Origin: the human T2T-CHM13v2.0 reference genome, Homo sapiens
Direction: 5' to 3' (one strand)
NCBI RefSeq assembly: GCF_009914755.1
Contig: NC_060929.1
Length of the DNA: 64,000 bases
Below, piece by piece: positions 1-14,704 of the stretch. Under the pieces are notes generated by a model. That model did no database searches. It saw only the letters and a program-made list of their open reading frames with translations, and was not told where the DNA came from. The position numbers and the translations under genes are program-made. Positions within the stretch are counted from its first letter, which is position 1. Every line of letters begins with the position of its first letter.

Positions 1-489
<489 letters not shown>

Positions 490-1659
490 TGTCTATGCTT
501 ACTTCAGGGGTCATTGTAAGTATTATTAGCAAATTGTTTTTATTTCAAATGGGAAAATACTATATAAGAACAAAGTCTGTTGTTCATTTTTGTATGTCAC
601 CTGTAATGGAGATTTCTTAATGATTAATAATAATTAAACAAAACTCTTATTAAGCCAACATTTAAATCCAGCTTTTCACGAGTTGCTAATATGGTGTTAA
701 GCTCTATTAATTCTTTTTTTTTCAAATGTTTAGAACTTGTGACATATCTGAAAGGCAAATTTGGCATTAAACCAACATTTTACTATTGTCAGCTCTACAG
801 AGTCAATATATCATATTCCCAGAAGAGTAGGTTGTGTTCCTCTTTGCCTCAAACATCATTAACAAAACTGACAGCGAAGCACTAATTCAGAAGTGTTCCA
901 GTAGTTGTTGATGTGCAAAGCAGAAAGGACTGAGTATGATTGTCAGATGTCAAGCTGGGTTTCCATCACTGACACATAAAAAACGTGTACAGTGACTTGT
1001 AAAGAGGGCCCCGACTGATAAGAACATTGTAGGCTAAAAAAATATAAGAAAGATACAATTATGTCACCTTTTTGGAACTTTTCTTTTTTTAAATCATAAA
1101 AAGGAATTGGAGAAAACAGAAGATTAAACAAAAATTACAAAGATGCTTTAGGGACAAAGAGAACGAAAGGTTTCATACAGAAAAAATTACATTTTTGTCT
1201 TCTTTTATCTTTTACTTAAAAAAAGTTCAACATTCCCCTATTTGTGATATTGCTATAGGCAGCTTGACTGTTTTTTAGATTCGTTTCTTCTAGGTCTGTG
1301 AGCGTTTCCATACAGATGTAGGTTTCAACTCTTTCCTCCAGTTCCAAAGTGAGACAAGCATGTGTCTTCATGTCATGCATTTCCCTAACAGGGTTCTGAT
1401 GACTTCTATTGGAGATCTCAAACATAGATTTTCTTTTTTTTTAAGAGACTTCTAGAATTCCTTACTTATTGTTCTTTACTCTTCCAAGTGCTAGGAGATA
1501 AAGACAAGGCTGGTTGCTCATGTAATATCAACCTTTCCCCCACCTTCCTCCCTAATATAACCCTCATTTTGTGTAGAGAAGAGATTTGCCCCTGCTGAAA
1601 AGCTATTTCTCATCACCCTTTCTTACCCACCCTCCCACCCTCCTCATCATCTCTCTCAC

Positions 1660-2078
1660 AAATCCTCACTCCTCCCAGTCACACTTTGTAGCTAGAGGTG
1701 GCCACGAGACAGTTTGGGTCACTGCTATGTAGGGGAAAGTTACTGGGTAGGGCTTCTAGACAAGCTCTTTCAAGGACACCAACTCAGCTGGTGGCTCCTT
1801 CTGCCCTTTGCCTTCCTCTTCTTCCTGCTCAGAATGGGGTCATAAATTTGCATCGGAGCAGCTATCGTGGGACCCTAAGGAGAGGAACTCACCCTAAGGA
1901 CATGCTGAGTAGAAATAGAAAAGAGCCTGGATCACTACCTGCTGCCTGGAAACACCGCATCAGCTCTGAACAGCTTACCTCCAGACTTCTGGCTACATTA
2001 TAATAATAGTACCTCAAATTTAAGTTCCCTCTTTTCAGCTTCCTGTTACTTACAGGCAAGTTCACTTCCTACTCACAG
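1660..2078 (+). mobile_element. Old MaLR LTR (MLT1I/J-like) fragment
   Basis: gtagctagaggtggccacgagacagt...cttacctccagactt...ctgttacttacagg resembles MLT1 consensus; boundaries approximate. Confidence 0.55.
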
Positions 2079-3224
2079 GAATATTTTAGAGCAGAAAATT
2101 CAGAAACAAAATACACCAGAGCCTTTAATGAATGGTATTTCCCTAGGCTAACTTGCTTAATTATGAGGATGTTTAGTTAATACACAAATTATGAAGCTTG
2201 AAATAATTGGCTCTGATCAGCATCCTCATTATTATCATTAAAGAGAGTTTTATTCAGAACTCATTTGCATGAGGAAGCTTGCTCGGTTATTTACCTGGTG
2301 AATGGTTTTCTACACTGTAAATCTGTTTCTGGCTTGGAAATCATTGAGGAGCATCTGTAAATGGGTGACTTGCTCTGAGCTCTTGCTGTTTTTAAGAGGG
2401 TTGTTACAAATACTTTTATCTTCAAGTGACTTGAAGATTATTTAGGAACACTTGATGTGATTTAATATCTTTATATATTAAAGCAAATTCAAAGTTGTCA
2501 CTATCATTACATCATTTATAATAATGTCATTCTCACTCCAATTCTTGTATGCTTTCTTGAGTGGGATTGAAAATGATGGAGTTACAGTTAGCAAGCTGGA
2601 AATTTCTTCTCACTCTGGGCAGGCCCATGGGTGTTTCACATGATGAATATCATCTGTTCTGTTCCATGAGGCAGAAAAAACAAAAGTTGAGAACTGCTTT
2701 ATACACAAAGAACAAAACCCCTTAATGAGTACCTTTAGCAGTACCTCGGCAGCTGATGGGAGCTCTGTTCTAGTTATTCTTGGTGGGCATGGGAGAGAGG
2801 GGAGTTGGGTTTCAATCCTCCAGGGGTGTATCATTTTCTCAAGGGCGAGAGCTTGGAGCTTTTTATGTTTACCATAAGTGGTGTGGAATAAGAGTTGAAA
2901 ATACTGCCGTAGAGCCTTTGTGTACTATGTCTCTCTTGGCTTATATCCAATCTAAAGAATTGGTGGTGGTGCCCTGAATCTTCACTGAGTTAAGTTTTGT
3001 GAGATTGTGCTCAGGCCCAGCCTGGGGTGAGTATAATGACTGCCTTCCTGGCCTCTGGGCTTGGCACTCCTTGCCCGCTCCCCCTCCCTGCCTTACCCTT
3101 TTGTTGCTTTGGGCACTTATGTTGAGCTCATTTCCATTAGCCTGTGTAAAGAACCTGGGCCAATTTCTCTGCACTACCACTACATCTTCGGCATTGTATA
3201 CATCCCTATTTATTTCTAATCTGT

Positions 3225-3950
<726 letters not shown>

Positions 3951-4282
3951 GTCGCTGCCATTTGCAAGTCACTATAATTGAGGGTGTGGTTATTTGTAAA
4001 TGCACTGATTGCAACATACAGGCTGTAACCCTTGATCAATTTAGCACCTGAAATGCCTTCTCCACTTCCAAGGGATTTATGGAAGACAGATGTTAGTTAG
4101 TTACCAGCCATAGGGGTTTACATTTTCTCCACTGGGTTTGTTTGTCTTGATTCTATAGATGAAAGGGCTCTAATTTATCTTTTTTTGCTCCCAGGCTCAT
4201 TGCATTCAGTGAAATTGATTTTCAGACAGGATACACCTGTTCTTCCCCTGACATTTTGGGTACTTGCTTCTTTCTTTGCTTT

Positions 4283-4413
4283 TCTTCCTCCCTCCTTCCC
4301 CTCCCTCCCTCCCTCCCTTCCTTCCTTCCTACCTTGCTTCTTTCCTTCCTTCCTTTCTTCCTTCCTTCCTTCCTTCCTTCCTTCCTTCCTTCCTTCCTTC
4401 TTTCCTTCCTTCC
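4283..4413. repeat. (TTCC)n/(TCCC)n polypyrimidine microsatellite, expanded tail of adjacent minus-strand Alu
   Basis: 10 uninterrupted TTCC units from 4358 within about 130 bp of near-pure pyrimidine. Confidence 0.95.
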
Positions 4414-4685
4414 TTTCGAGACGGAGTCTGGCTCTGTCTCCCAGGCTGGAGTGCAGTGGTGTGATCTTGGCTCACTGTAACCTCTGCCTCCTGGGTTCAA
4501 GCAAGCCTCCACAGTAGCTGGGATTACAGGCGCGCACCACCATGCCCAGCTAATTTTTGTATTTTTAGTAGAGACGAGGTTTCACCACGTTAGCCAGGCT
4601 GGTCTTGAACTCCTGACCTCAAGTGGTCCACTTGCCTTGGCCTCCCAAAGTGCTGGGATTACGGGCATGAGCCACCGTGCCCGGT
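4414..4685 (-). mobile_element. AluS
   Basis: gagacggagtct...ctcccaaagtgctgggatt...gagccaccgtgcccgg. Confidence 0.93.
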
Positions 4686-6099
4686 GGCTTATTTCTGAAG
4701 ATTATCAGGATGCTCTTCAAGTGCAGATCCCTTCGTGGGACACACTTTAGTAGCCTGGTCATGCCATGTATTAAAGAGCTCTGGTTTCTATCTAGAGAAG
4801 GAATAAAAACTGGAATACCGTGAAAGTAGTAAAAAAGTTCTAGAACCTCCAGGTTGCATAAAGAATGCCATGTTAGGGATTATTAGTGGCAATTACTAAG
4901 CACAGGACATATGTTTGTCTCAAAGGCAGTGATGACATCCTTTTGCTACTCTCCCAAACAGCCAAAATCCCAAAGCATCGCCTGTCCAGTGACCCCCAGA
5001 GACCCATCATAAGACATTGTAGTTGGCTTGGACTATTCCAGATTTTCTGAACTTGCCTAACAAATTTCAGTATTTAAAATATTTATTAGCTATAGTTCTA
5101 TTTTAGAAGGGATAGGATTTCAGGAACAGATTAAGGCATGAGGGAAGGGTAATTCTGAGAATGAAGATAATACACATACTTAAGAAGAAAATAAAGAAGA
5201 AATTCTTTTTCTTGATTCATTCAACTATTGTGAGGATCATGGTGTTCTAATTTATTTGGTTTTGGATATTTGAATAAAACAGTACATTGTTCACCCAAAC
5301 TTTAAGAGTTTTTGCTATCTTAAAAGATTATAAGTCTTTTCATTTTAAGTCCATATGACTGAAGGCATCACATTGTCACAAGAATAGAGATACATTTTAA
5401 CAACTGCTCAGCAATTCCTACATGACTCTCTTTAATTCAGCTCAATTCATTTCACTGCAATAAATCAATGGAATTAAATTTAAACTCTGATCAATTCTTT
5501 GGAGGAGGTGCAAAAGGAGACTATTTTTATTCAAGGACTACATGCACAGGAAACAAATATATTAGACAGGTTATGTCTAAATACAAAGGTGTTTGCAATA
5601 GGACATTATTGTATCTGCATCACAGTGTTTCATTCTAACTGGATTCGTAGAGGGGAGTCCCCGAAATACCATCAGGAGATGATGCCTGATAGCTGATATG
5701 GATACATCATGCTCTTTTGCAAAGGTGAAAATTGGATTCGTTATTTATAGAAAGAGTAGTCAAAATATTTTCATCAAAATTTCACTTATGCATGCAGAAT
5801 ATTATATATCAATTAATATTAATCATGGTTGTCAGTGGGTAGAAAGATTTCAGTGCTTCTATTTTATCTCTTATGTTTTTGTGTATTGTTGGGACTATTT
5901 CGAACATATGAGTATAAATGCAGCATATGACATTTTTCATCATTGTTAAAAAAATCAGAGTATTAAATTAATGATGTCTTAGAAGTCGGTCATCACCACT
6001 GAATTAATGGTTTGCTTTGTTCATTCTCTTTTTTCTTTATTCTACTTCGTTCTCTAAAAAATTCTAAAGAAGTCCTGTTAAAATAAGCAAAATGCAGCT

Positions 6100-6400
6100 G
6101 TGGCTCATGCTTGTAATCCCAGCACTTTGGGAGGCTGAGTTGGGCAGATCACTTGAGTCCAGAACTTTGAGACCAGCCTGGGCAATGTGGTGAAACCCTG
6201 TCTCTACAAAAAATACAAAAAGTTAGCTGGGCATAGTGGTGTGTGCTTGTATTCCAAGCTACCTGAGAGGCTGAGGTGGGAGGATTGCTTATGCCAGGGC
6301 AGCAGAAGTTTCAGTGAGCTGAGATCATCCCACTATACTCTAGCCTGGGCAACAGAATAAAATCCTGTCTCAAAAAACAACAAACAAACAAACACACAAA
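6100..6400 (+). mobile_element. AluJ-like
   Basis: gatcacttgagtccag and gaggtgggaggattgctt J-type features; (CAAA)n tail. Confidence 0.9.
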
Positions 6401-6885
6401 AGCATAATGCAAGTAATAAAAATCAGGGTCGACTCTTCGGCATTGTGGTTCCTGAATGGAATGCTCATCGGTCATGCCATGGTCCCATTTGTTGGTCATG
6501 ACCACTGAAATTGTGGGCCTGAGACTGCTTCAGTGTTTGGGCTTCTAGCACACTGCAGGACACTCAATGAATCCATAACAGACTTCACAAGTTTTTAGTT
6601 CTCATTCATTCCAGTGATAATTTCAGGTGGAGAAAATGATTTAAGGAAATCTTTCTATGCTAATAGTAAAAAACCAAAGGAGGAAAGCTTATTACAGTTT
6701 AATAGCTGAAAGACTGATCTGGGGTTTCTGATTATTGGTAACAGCAAAGGGCAAGGAAGCAAAGTGGCAACAACTTTCACTCATTCAAAACTTGGCTTTG
6801 CCAGTTAAGTGGCTCTCAGCTTCAGTTAACTTACCCGTAAAACAGGGTTGATGATATTTGTATCTACCTTAAAGAAATGTTGTCA

Positions 6886-7201
6886 GGCCGGGCACGGTGG
6901 CTCACCCCTGTAATCCTAGTACTTTGGGAGGCCGAGGCGGGCGGATCACCTGAGGTCAGGAGTTCGAGACCAGCCTGACCAACATGGAGAAACCCCGTCT
7001 CTACTAAAAATACAAAATTAGCCGGGTGTGGTGGCACATGCCTGTATTCCCAGCTACTCGGGAGGCTGAGGCAGGAAAATCGCTTGAAACTGGGAGGCAG
7101 AGCTTGTGGTGAGCCAAGATTGTGCACCATTGCTCTCCAGCCTGGGCAACAAGAGCGAAACTCTGTCTCAAAAAAAAATACAGAAAGAAAGAAAAAAAAA
7201 A
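6886..7201 (+). mobile_element. AluSp/Sq-like, inserted in a MIR relic
   Basis: cctgaccaacatggagaaacccc; TSD aaat(g/a)ttgtca; MIR-like ctctcagcttcagt and ttgagataatgtgtgcaaagt flanks. Confidence 0.93.
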
Positions 7202-7359
7202 TATTGTCAAGATTGAGATAATGTGTGCAAAGTATTTTGCGTAATGCCTAACATAAAGTAGGTAGTCAATGAATGTCAGATAATAACAATGATGATGGTA
7301 GTTATTTGTACAATAATACTAGAGACCTTTTAAGGTCAATAATGTCTTTTTTTCCCTTT

Positions 7360-7597
7360 CATTTATTTTTATTATCTTTTCTGGGTACATAATAGGTGTG
7401 TATATTTATGGGGTACATGAAATGTTTTGATATAGGCATGCAATATGAAGTAAGCACATCATGGAGAATGGGGTATCCATCCCCTCAAGTATTTATCCTT
7501 TGAGTTACAAACAATCCATTTACACTCTTTAAGTTATTTTTAAATGTAAAATTAAGTTATTATTGACTATAGTCACCCTATTGTGCTATTGAATAGT
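7360..7597 (-). mobile_element. L1MA 3' end, 5'-truncated
   Basis: gtacataataggtgtgtatatttatggggtacatg...gtatccatcccctcaag; TSD cctttcatttat on both sides. Confidence 0.85.
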
Positions 7598-7823
7598 CCT
7601 TTCATTTATATTTAAACCCTCCTGTTCAATCTATTGTAAATCTCTGCACATAATAGATATAAAACATATGGTGAATTGACTGAGATGTAAGAGAGGATGC
7701 TAAGTAGTTTGCATCCTCTTGATAAAAATGTTAGCATTACCTAGTTCTTAGGTACTAGCTATTAAGGAGAGGAACCCATAGAAAACATGGTTGATTTAGA
7801 GCTGAAGGCTAGTTACTCTACCG

Positions 7824-8046
7824 CAGCAATGTCCAATCTTTTGGCTCCCCAGGGCCACCCTGAAAGAAGAATTGTCTCAGGACACACATAAAACACACTA
7901 ACACTAATGATAGCTGATGAGCTAAGACAAACAAAAACACTAAAAAACTCATAATGTTTTAAGAAAGTTTACAAATTTGTGTTGGGCCACATTCAAAGCC
8001 ATCCTGGGCCACATGTGGCCCTTGGGCAGCTGGTTGGACAAGCTTG
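7824..8046 (+). mobile_element. MER30 (hAT-Charlie MITE)
   Basis: tgtccaatcttttggc...acactaatgatagctgatgagct...gttggacaagcttg matches MER30 end to end. Confidence 0.9.
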
Positions 8047-8630
8047 CTGTATGGTCTTACCGTCTTCTCCTACCCATTAAGTTGTCTGCTTCATGAAGCT
8101 GGTTGCATTTGTTCCTGAACCTGTTTATGCAAGTTGTAATTGCCATTGTAATTATTACATTTAATTAAAATTTATTCAAACAAATAAAATATGAGATCCA
8201 AAAGAAACTTGTTATTACAATGAAAACTAAGTTGAAAGTGCTGGAAAAACTTGGCATCATGAAGTTGCTTTAAGGGAAATGCATTTGATTAGATGTGGTA
8301 GAGACTACTGTGAATATTAGGGTGAGGGAATCCTAGACATCTAGAAGTGTTTTACATTCAGATTGCTTCATAAATGTGATTAAGTTTCTCTTACAGAAAA
8401 AAAATTGGTGATCTATTTTGGGTGTGATTTATATAAGAAAGCCCATGTGGTAGTCCATGGTCAATGTGGAGGTCCTATGTCTTTTAAAGTGGCTAATGAG
8501 TATTTAAATATTTGAGGGAAGTGTACACTTTTGTGTGTGTGCGTGTTGTGTGCTCCCTCATTTTAACTGGTTTTTAAAATTACAGCCCATTAATGGCCTG
8601 TCCCTGATGCACATAATTAAAGGATTCCTC
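8047..8630 (+). mobile_element. Tigger15a-like DNA transposon relic
   Basis: atgaaaactaagttgaa...ttagatgtggtagagactactgt...tcagattgcttca resembles the degraded transposase 5' region of Tigger15a. Confidence 0.6.
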
Positions 8631-8639
8631 CATTAGGGC

Positions 8640-8934
8640 TTTTCTTTTCTTTTCTTTTTTTGAGACAAAGTTTTGCTGTTGCCTAAGCTGGAGTGCATTG
8701 GCTCAATCATAGCTCACTGTAACCTCAAACTCCTGGGCTCAGGTGATCCTCCTGCCTCAGCCTCCTGAGTAGCTGGGACTACAGTCACACACCACTGCAC
8801 CCCACTAATTTTTTTTTTAAGTAGAGACAAGGTCTCACTATGTTTTCCAGGCTGGTCTCAGACTCCTGGCCTCCAGCCATCCCAAAGTACTACTCTCCCA
8901 AAGTGCTGGGATTACAGACATGAGCCACCGGGCC
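8640..8934 (-). mobile_element. AluJ-like
   Basis: tcatagctcactgtaacctcaaactcctgggctca J-type arm. Confidence 0.9.
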
Positions 8935-9829
8935 TCTAGGACTTCTTGTTCTCTGGTGTTTTCAGAGCTTTGCTCCTTGGCTCTCTCCACCTGTAAGAGT
9001 CTTCCCCCAATTTTGGCCTTAGTGATGCTTGCTCCTGTTTCAAGATTCAGGAAGTGTTATGTTTGATTCTCCTTCCAGTTCAGGTTTACGAGATCAGTTT
9101 ACCTGTCGTAGCCTTGTCACCAATTCTGTTATCTTTGGTATTTTACCTGACTTGCTGGTAGACCAGGATGTCCCTTGAAGGCAGAGTCCCCGTGTCCCTG
9201 GCACCTTAACCCAGGGCCTGGCATTTAGTAGATACTCAATGTTTGTTCAATGCACAGTGCACCCAGAAAAAAATAGTTAAATAAAATGATTATAATTCAT
9301 TTCTGATACATTTTTGTTAACTTTTATCATAAAAAATGGCACTGTAAACTTAACAAGTGCCTGGCAATGATGAAGACTGGGTGAGAGATATTGAAAATGT
9401 GGGCTACTGAGTCATACTAAAGCAACTATCTCTCCTAACCAACTTTCTCAAAGGAATTTTTTTAAAGGCAGGTGTTTTTCATTTGATCTTATCAGGAAAA
9501 TAAAGAACAAACAATAATCATGAAATTTAATGAGAATTTCTTTCTTAAAGCATGATCTTTTTTGTGCCTTGCTGAGCAGTGGAAGTTGAGTTCTCTCTTC
9601 TTGTTCCCTCTCTTCCTCTATGTATCTGGACTTCTTTTTGCACAGAGGGGACTCTTTTTTTCCTAGTGGTATTTTCACTCTTTTGTCCAAGCCCTTGATC
9701 AGTTCTCAGAGTTGGAGGCACCTGTGGTTCCAGATAAATCATAAAGCCACAATGCTGTCAGTGGCTCAGCACACCAAGCTCTCCTGTCTCAGGATTTCCC
9801 ACACGCTGCTCCCTCTGCTCAGCTTTTCC

Positions 9830-10700
9830 TCATAGTTTGCTCCCTGTTTTCATGAGTTTGCACATTAGTGGGAAAAAACAGACAATAAGTAAATGAAACA
9901 CAATATATCGTATGGTACAGAAAATGAAAGCCGAGTGGGGGCCTGAGAGTGCTGGTGGGACGCTCCTCATTTATACAGATTGGCAGGAAAGGCGGACCTG
10001 GCAAAGTGACATTTCAGTAGAGTCTGTGTTAAGTGAAGGGGACACTCTGCAGACATCTGGGGGAAGAGCTTTGTTGGAGGAGGCGCCACAATTTGGAAGG
10101 CCCTGAGAAAGGGTCAGTCTCGGTCTTTTGAAGAACAACAAAGAGGCCGGTGTGGCAGAAACACAGTGGTTGGAGATGAGGGCAGAGAGATAGCAGGACG
10201 TCAGGTCTTCTAGGGCCTTGAAGGCCATGAAAGGACTTTAATCTTTACACTACAAGTTCAAGCAGGGGAAGGAAATTACCTCCCATGAGCTGGGCGCAGT
10301 GGTCCATTCTTGTAATTCTAGAACTTTGGGAGGCCGAGGTGGGTGGATCACTTGAGGTCAGGAGTTCGAGACCAGCCTGGCCAAAATGGTGAAAACCCAT
10401 CTCTAGGAAAATACAAAAAACTTAGCCAGGTGTGGTGGTGCATACCTGTAATCCCAGCTACTCGGGAGGCTGAGGTGGAAGGATCATTTGAACCCGGGAG
10501 GCGAGGTTGCAGTGAGCTGAGATTGCGCCAGTGTACTCCAGCCTGGATGACAGAGCAAGACTCTGTCTCAAAAAAAGAGAAACTACCTCCCATGCATTTT
10601 GGGAGGCTCCCTCTGGCTGCTATATGGAAATGAACTAGTTGGGGATAAGGATGTGAATCAGAAAATCTGCTTCAAAGGCTCTTGCCATGGTCCTGGCAAT
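9830..10700 (-). mobile_element. L2 fragments interrupted by an Alu
   Basis: agacaataagtaaat...ttgaagaacaacaaagaggcc...gggaggctccctctggctgctatatgga, typical antisense L2. Confidence 0.6.
10287..10578 (+). mobile_element. Alu (J/Sx-like)
   Basis: Full dimer; TSD gaaa(t/c)tacctcccatg. Confidence 0.93.
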
Positions 10701-10879
10701 AGAACGAAGGGATCATGGATGATGCCACTACAAGAGAAGGTGGCAAGAGGTATCTGGTTCTATTTCCTGGTATGGTCTTCCCTGACCAAGCATGTTCCTC
10801 CCATACACTCATTCATAACACCTGTTTTGTTTTGTTTTCCTACAACAGTGGTTCCTACTTACATTTTTGAGTGGCACTC

Positions 10880-11025
10880 GGTTGATATCCCTTACTCTTC
10901 CCCTACAAGTAAATATATAAACAACATGAGGGCAAGGATCATGTTTGTTTTGTTAATCATTTCATCTCCAGCACCTAGTCAGTACCTGGCACATAGAACG
11001 TATTTAATAAATATTTTTGAACAAA
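10880..11025 (+). mobile_element. L2 3' end
   Basis: gagggcaaggatc...cagcacctag...cctggcacatag...aataaatatttttgaa. Confidence 0.75.
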
Positions 11026-11163
11026 AGGAAACAGAGTCAGTTCATGGTCAGCTAGTGGTTGCATCTGAGTATTAAGAGAATGAATGTCCAGCCAACCACT
11101 GGATTGAGAAAGAGGAGAAGTTGAGATTGCCAGAGAGCTGACACTAAATTTAAAATAAATCAG

Positions 11164-11472
<309 letters not shown>

Positions 11473-13601
11473 GCCAGAACAAATTTCGATAATTCTCTAG
11501 GTATTTTTTAAAATGCTGGTCCTTGATAGCATTTCTCAGTGTCTGGCATCATTTAGATATGGTCTGTCCCAGTATTCTGGCCTGTTGTAACCCCTGGGGC
11601 TTCTCTAATTTCAACACTGTGAGCTTTTAGGGAAGAGAGCAAGAGTGTTAATGCAAGAGCTATTTGGCATAGGAAATGGACAGAGTAGCCCTTGAACTGT
11701 TCTTGTTGTACAGGTCATTTTGTTATTAACGCTGATACTATGAAAGCTTTCATTTCTGGTGATTTCTTACCTGATAAGAACAAAATAAAATGATGCTCAG
11801 TGTGCCACTTCCCTTCATTGCCTCCAAATGTCCCAGGCTTCTCTTATAAATTTTTTTATGTGGTCTAGCTATAAAATTTGAGAAATGAAACTGAGAACTC
11901 CAGCAACTGCTTCTTGATTGGTCTCACATGGCGTGCATTGCTAGGTCTCTGTGCTGTTACAACCATTGCTGTCCCATCAGCTGTGTTTTCCTGAGGGTGG
12001 TTCAAGTCACAGTGCTGGTGATGTCACTCCTGTCCCCTCTGCTGAGATCGGCGTGGTTCCAGTAAGTGATGCGTATGGTAGCAATTTGCATCATGCTGTG
12101 TTATCCAAAACTTCTCTAATGTGCACTTTTTATAGCATCTCTGCTCTAAAATCCAGCACCACCAGCACTGCTTGTTTTAGAACTCTTTCTGAAGTCTGAT
12201 CACACAGGAATAAGAATACACTCATGGATAGAAAATCCCTGACTGATATTGGCACCAGCTCTTTATTTGGAAAGGGGTTTGGTATATTGGATAATAAAGA
12301 GCACAAAAATTAAAATAAAAGCAAAACTCATTACTGTTCGTATCCACCATACCCTCAAAAGTCCTATTGCCTGACACAATGAATAGTATTCAAAATTGTA
12401 AGTTAAGGGCAATGCCAACCAATTTGGGGATCAGGCTTCTTTATGTCACTCCTTGTCCTGAAAAATCTCCAATGGCTTTTACAAAATGATGATATTAATG
12501 AATTTTAGGAATATGAGCTTGTGTGGCTTTCCCTTTTGAAAAATGTGTCAACTTCCCCATTCACAGACTGAAAGGCTTAGCAAAGTGCTTGTTAACAAAT
12601 GTCTTAGTAATGGTAGATTTTCAATAGCATAAACTACGTGGTTTGACTAAATATGGATGAAACTATGCTTTTTAAGTTACATGTGAAATCAGCCACATTA
12701 CTTCATCTAATATGCAGCCGTACCCAGTATGAGTATAAAAACATTCAATGATAATTACAATGGTAAAGATGATGGTGAAGGCTTTAGGGACATTGGGCAG
12801 CAGTCAAATCATTAACTGGAAATGGATACTATTTCAGAATCTTGAAAAAAAATACTGAAATGGAGTAAATAGGAGGCTCACTGGAGATATATTTAGGAAA
12901 CAGAATTTGCTGCTTTCCAGTTAATGATGTGAGTCATGCCCAGTATCCCTAAGGTCATCAGCATCCTCCTCATCATTGTAATTATCTTTGAATTTCTCTC
13001 AAACTCACACTGAGCATGGAGGGCTGGTAGGTGCTTTGGTGCCTTCTATGGTTCTAAATCGTGGCTTATTTAGAGGTTGTTAACAGTATCATCTGGTTTT
13101 TAATTGGTCAGCAGTCAAAAACTTTAAAAATACTGAATCATCTCCCTGAGCAAAATTGGTGCTTTTCGGCTTCTGACTTGAGTTTACAGTGGGAATAATG
13201 TAAGAGCACATCTGAGTGGGAAGCTGTGGGGCTGGGATGAGTCAAAGGCCTCCCTCAATCCACTTAGAGTTCTTCATCTCATCAGGGTGATTCGCCTGTC
13301 ACTGTTCATATGGTGCCCGAGGCAAAGGGTTAGTACTGCTGATGGTGACATAGCCTATAGCAGCAGCGCAGCAATTACCTGGGAGTCACATTGTATTTGC
13401 AGTTTGTTTAGATGGATGGATGGAAGAGACTGCAGGTCAACATCAAGTTTTGTGGTCAGACTTGGCAAATACAGGAATAAAAATATGACCACAATGGTCA
13501 TTTAAATATGAGCTACTGTAGTCTTCTGTCTATGCACCCTTAAATATGTGCTTCTGTTTATGAAGTTCTTACTCTACGGAACTACTTCAAGTCATTCTAT
13601 T

Positions 13602-13647
13602 CCTAGAGGGAAATAAGTATCTAACATGATACTTATTTCCCTCTAGG
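13602..13647. repeat. Perfect inverted repeat, 20-bp arms, 6-nt loop
   Basis: cctagagggaaataagtatc / taacat / gatacttatttccctctagg. Confidence 0.97.
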
Positions 13648-13924
13648 TGAAGCTGGGTTTATTCAAGCATTATCAGCAACAGGGAGAGAGAAGAAAAATA
13701 TTGTAAAGGAAATATAATAAAAGCCATCAGGGAAAGCTACTTAAGGATGAGTTTTTTTAAAAAATGTACTCAAATAATGAGATAAAAGGAAAAGTAGAGA
13801 GAAGAGAAAAATGGAAAGATGTACTGAAAACAGGAACGTGCAAAGAAAATATAAAGAAAATAATAGAGTGATAGCTGCAAAACCTGCCAAAGGTCTGCAG
13901 AAGGGAAAGGGGAGCAAAAAGACA

Positions 13925-14510
13925 ACTAAATATATTGCATTATGCCATATGACCCAACGATTCCATTCCTAGGTATATACCAAAGATAACTGAAAACATG
14001 TCTACACAAAAACCTGTATGCAGATATTCACAGCAGGAGTATTCATAACAGCCCCAAACTGGAAACAACCCAAAGGCCTATCAACATATGAGTGAATTAG
14101 CAAAATGTGGTATACCCATACAATGGAATATTATTCAATGATGAAATGAAATGAAGTACTCGTACATGCAACAACATGGAAAAACCTTGAAAACATTATG
14201 CTAAGTGAAAGAAGCTACTCATGTATTGTAATTATTGTATTTTGTACATAATGTATTTATATGAAATGCCCAGAATAAGCAACTTTGTAGAGACAGAAAG
14301 TAGATTGGTGGTTCTCAGAGACTAGGGGGAGGAGGAAATGGAGAATGACTGCTTATGGGTATGGGATTTCTTTTTGGGATGATGAAAATGTTCTAAAATT
14401 AAACAGTTGTGATGACTGTACAACTCTGAATATACTAAAACCCACTAAATTGTATACTTTAAAATACTGAATTATGATACACATCTCAATAAAGTTGCCA
14501 CTTAAAAAAT
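13925..14510 (+). mobile_element. L1M (L1MB/ME-like) 3' fragment
   Basis: ccatatgacccaacgattccattcctaggtatatac...aactggaaacaacccaaa...tctcaataaag. Confidence 0.85.
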
Positions 14511-14704
14511 ATCCAGACTGCTGTGTTATTTCTTTTCCATTTTTTAGGGTCTTCTATAAGGATGGGCCCTAGCAGTATGCCTGAGGCATAGGTAGGGATG
14601 AGGCATGGGGGAGAAAAGAAGAAAAAAGAAAGAAAGGGGCTTAGAAGGATAATAAGAGACATTGGAAGATGGTAGATATAGAAGAAGAAACAATAGAAGA
14701 GAGA

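Noticed and set aside
10599-11075. 158-aa plus-strand ORF
   Set aside because: Non-ATG start and it spans L2 relics.
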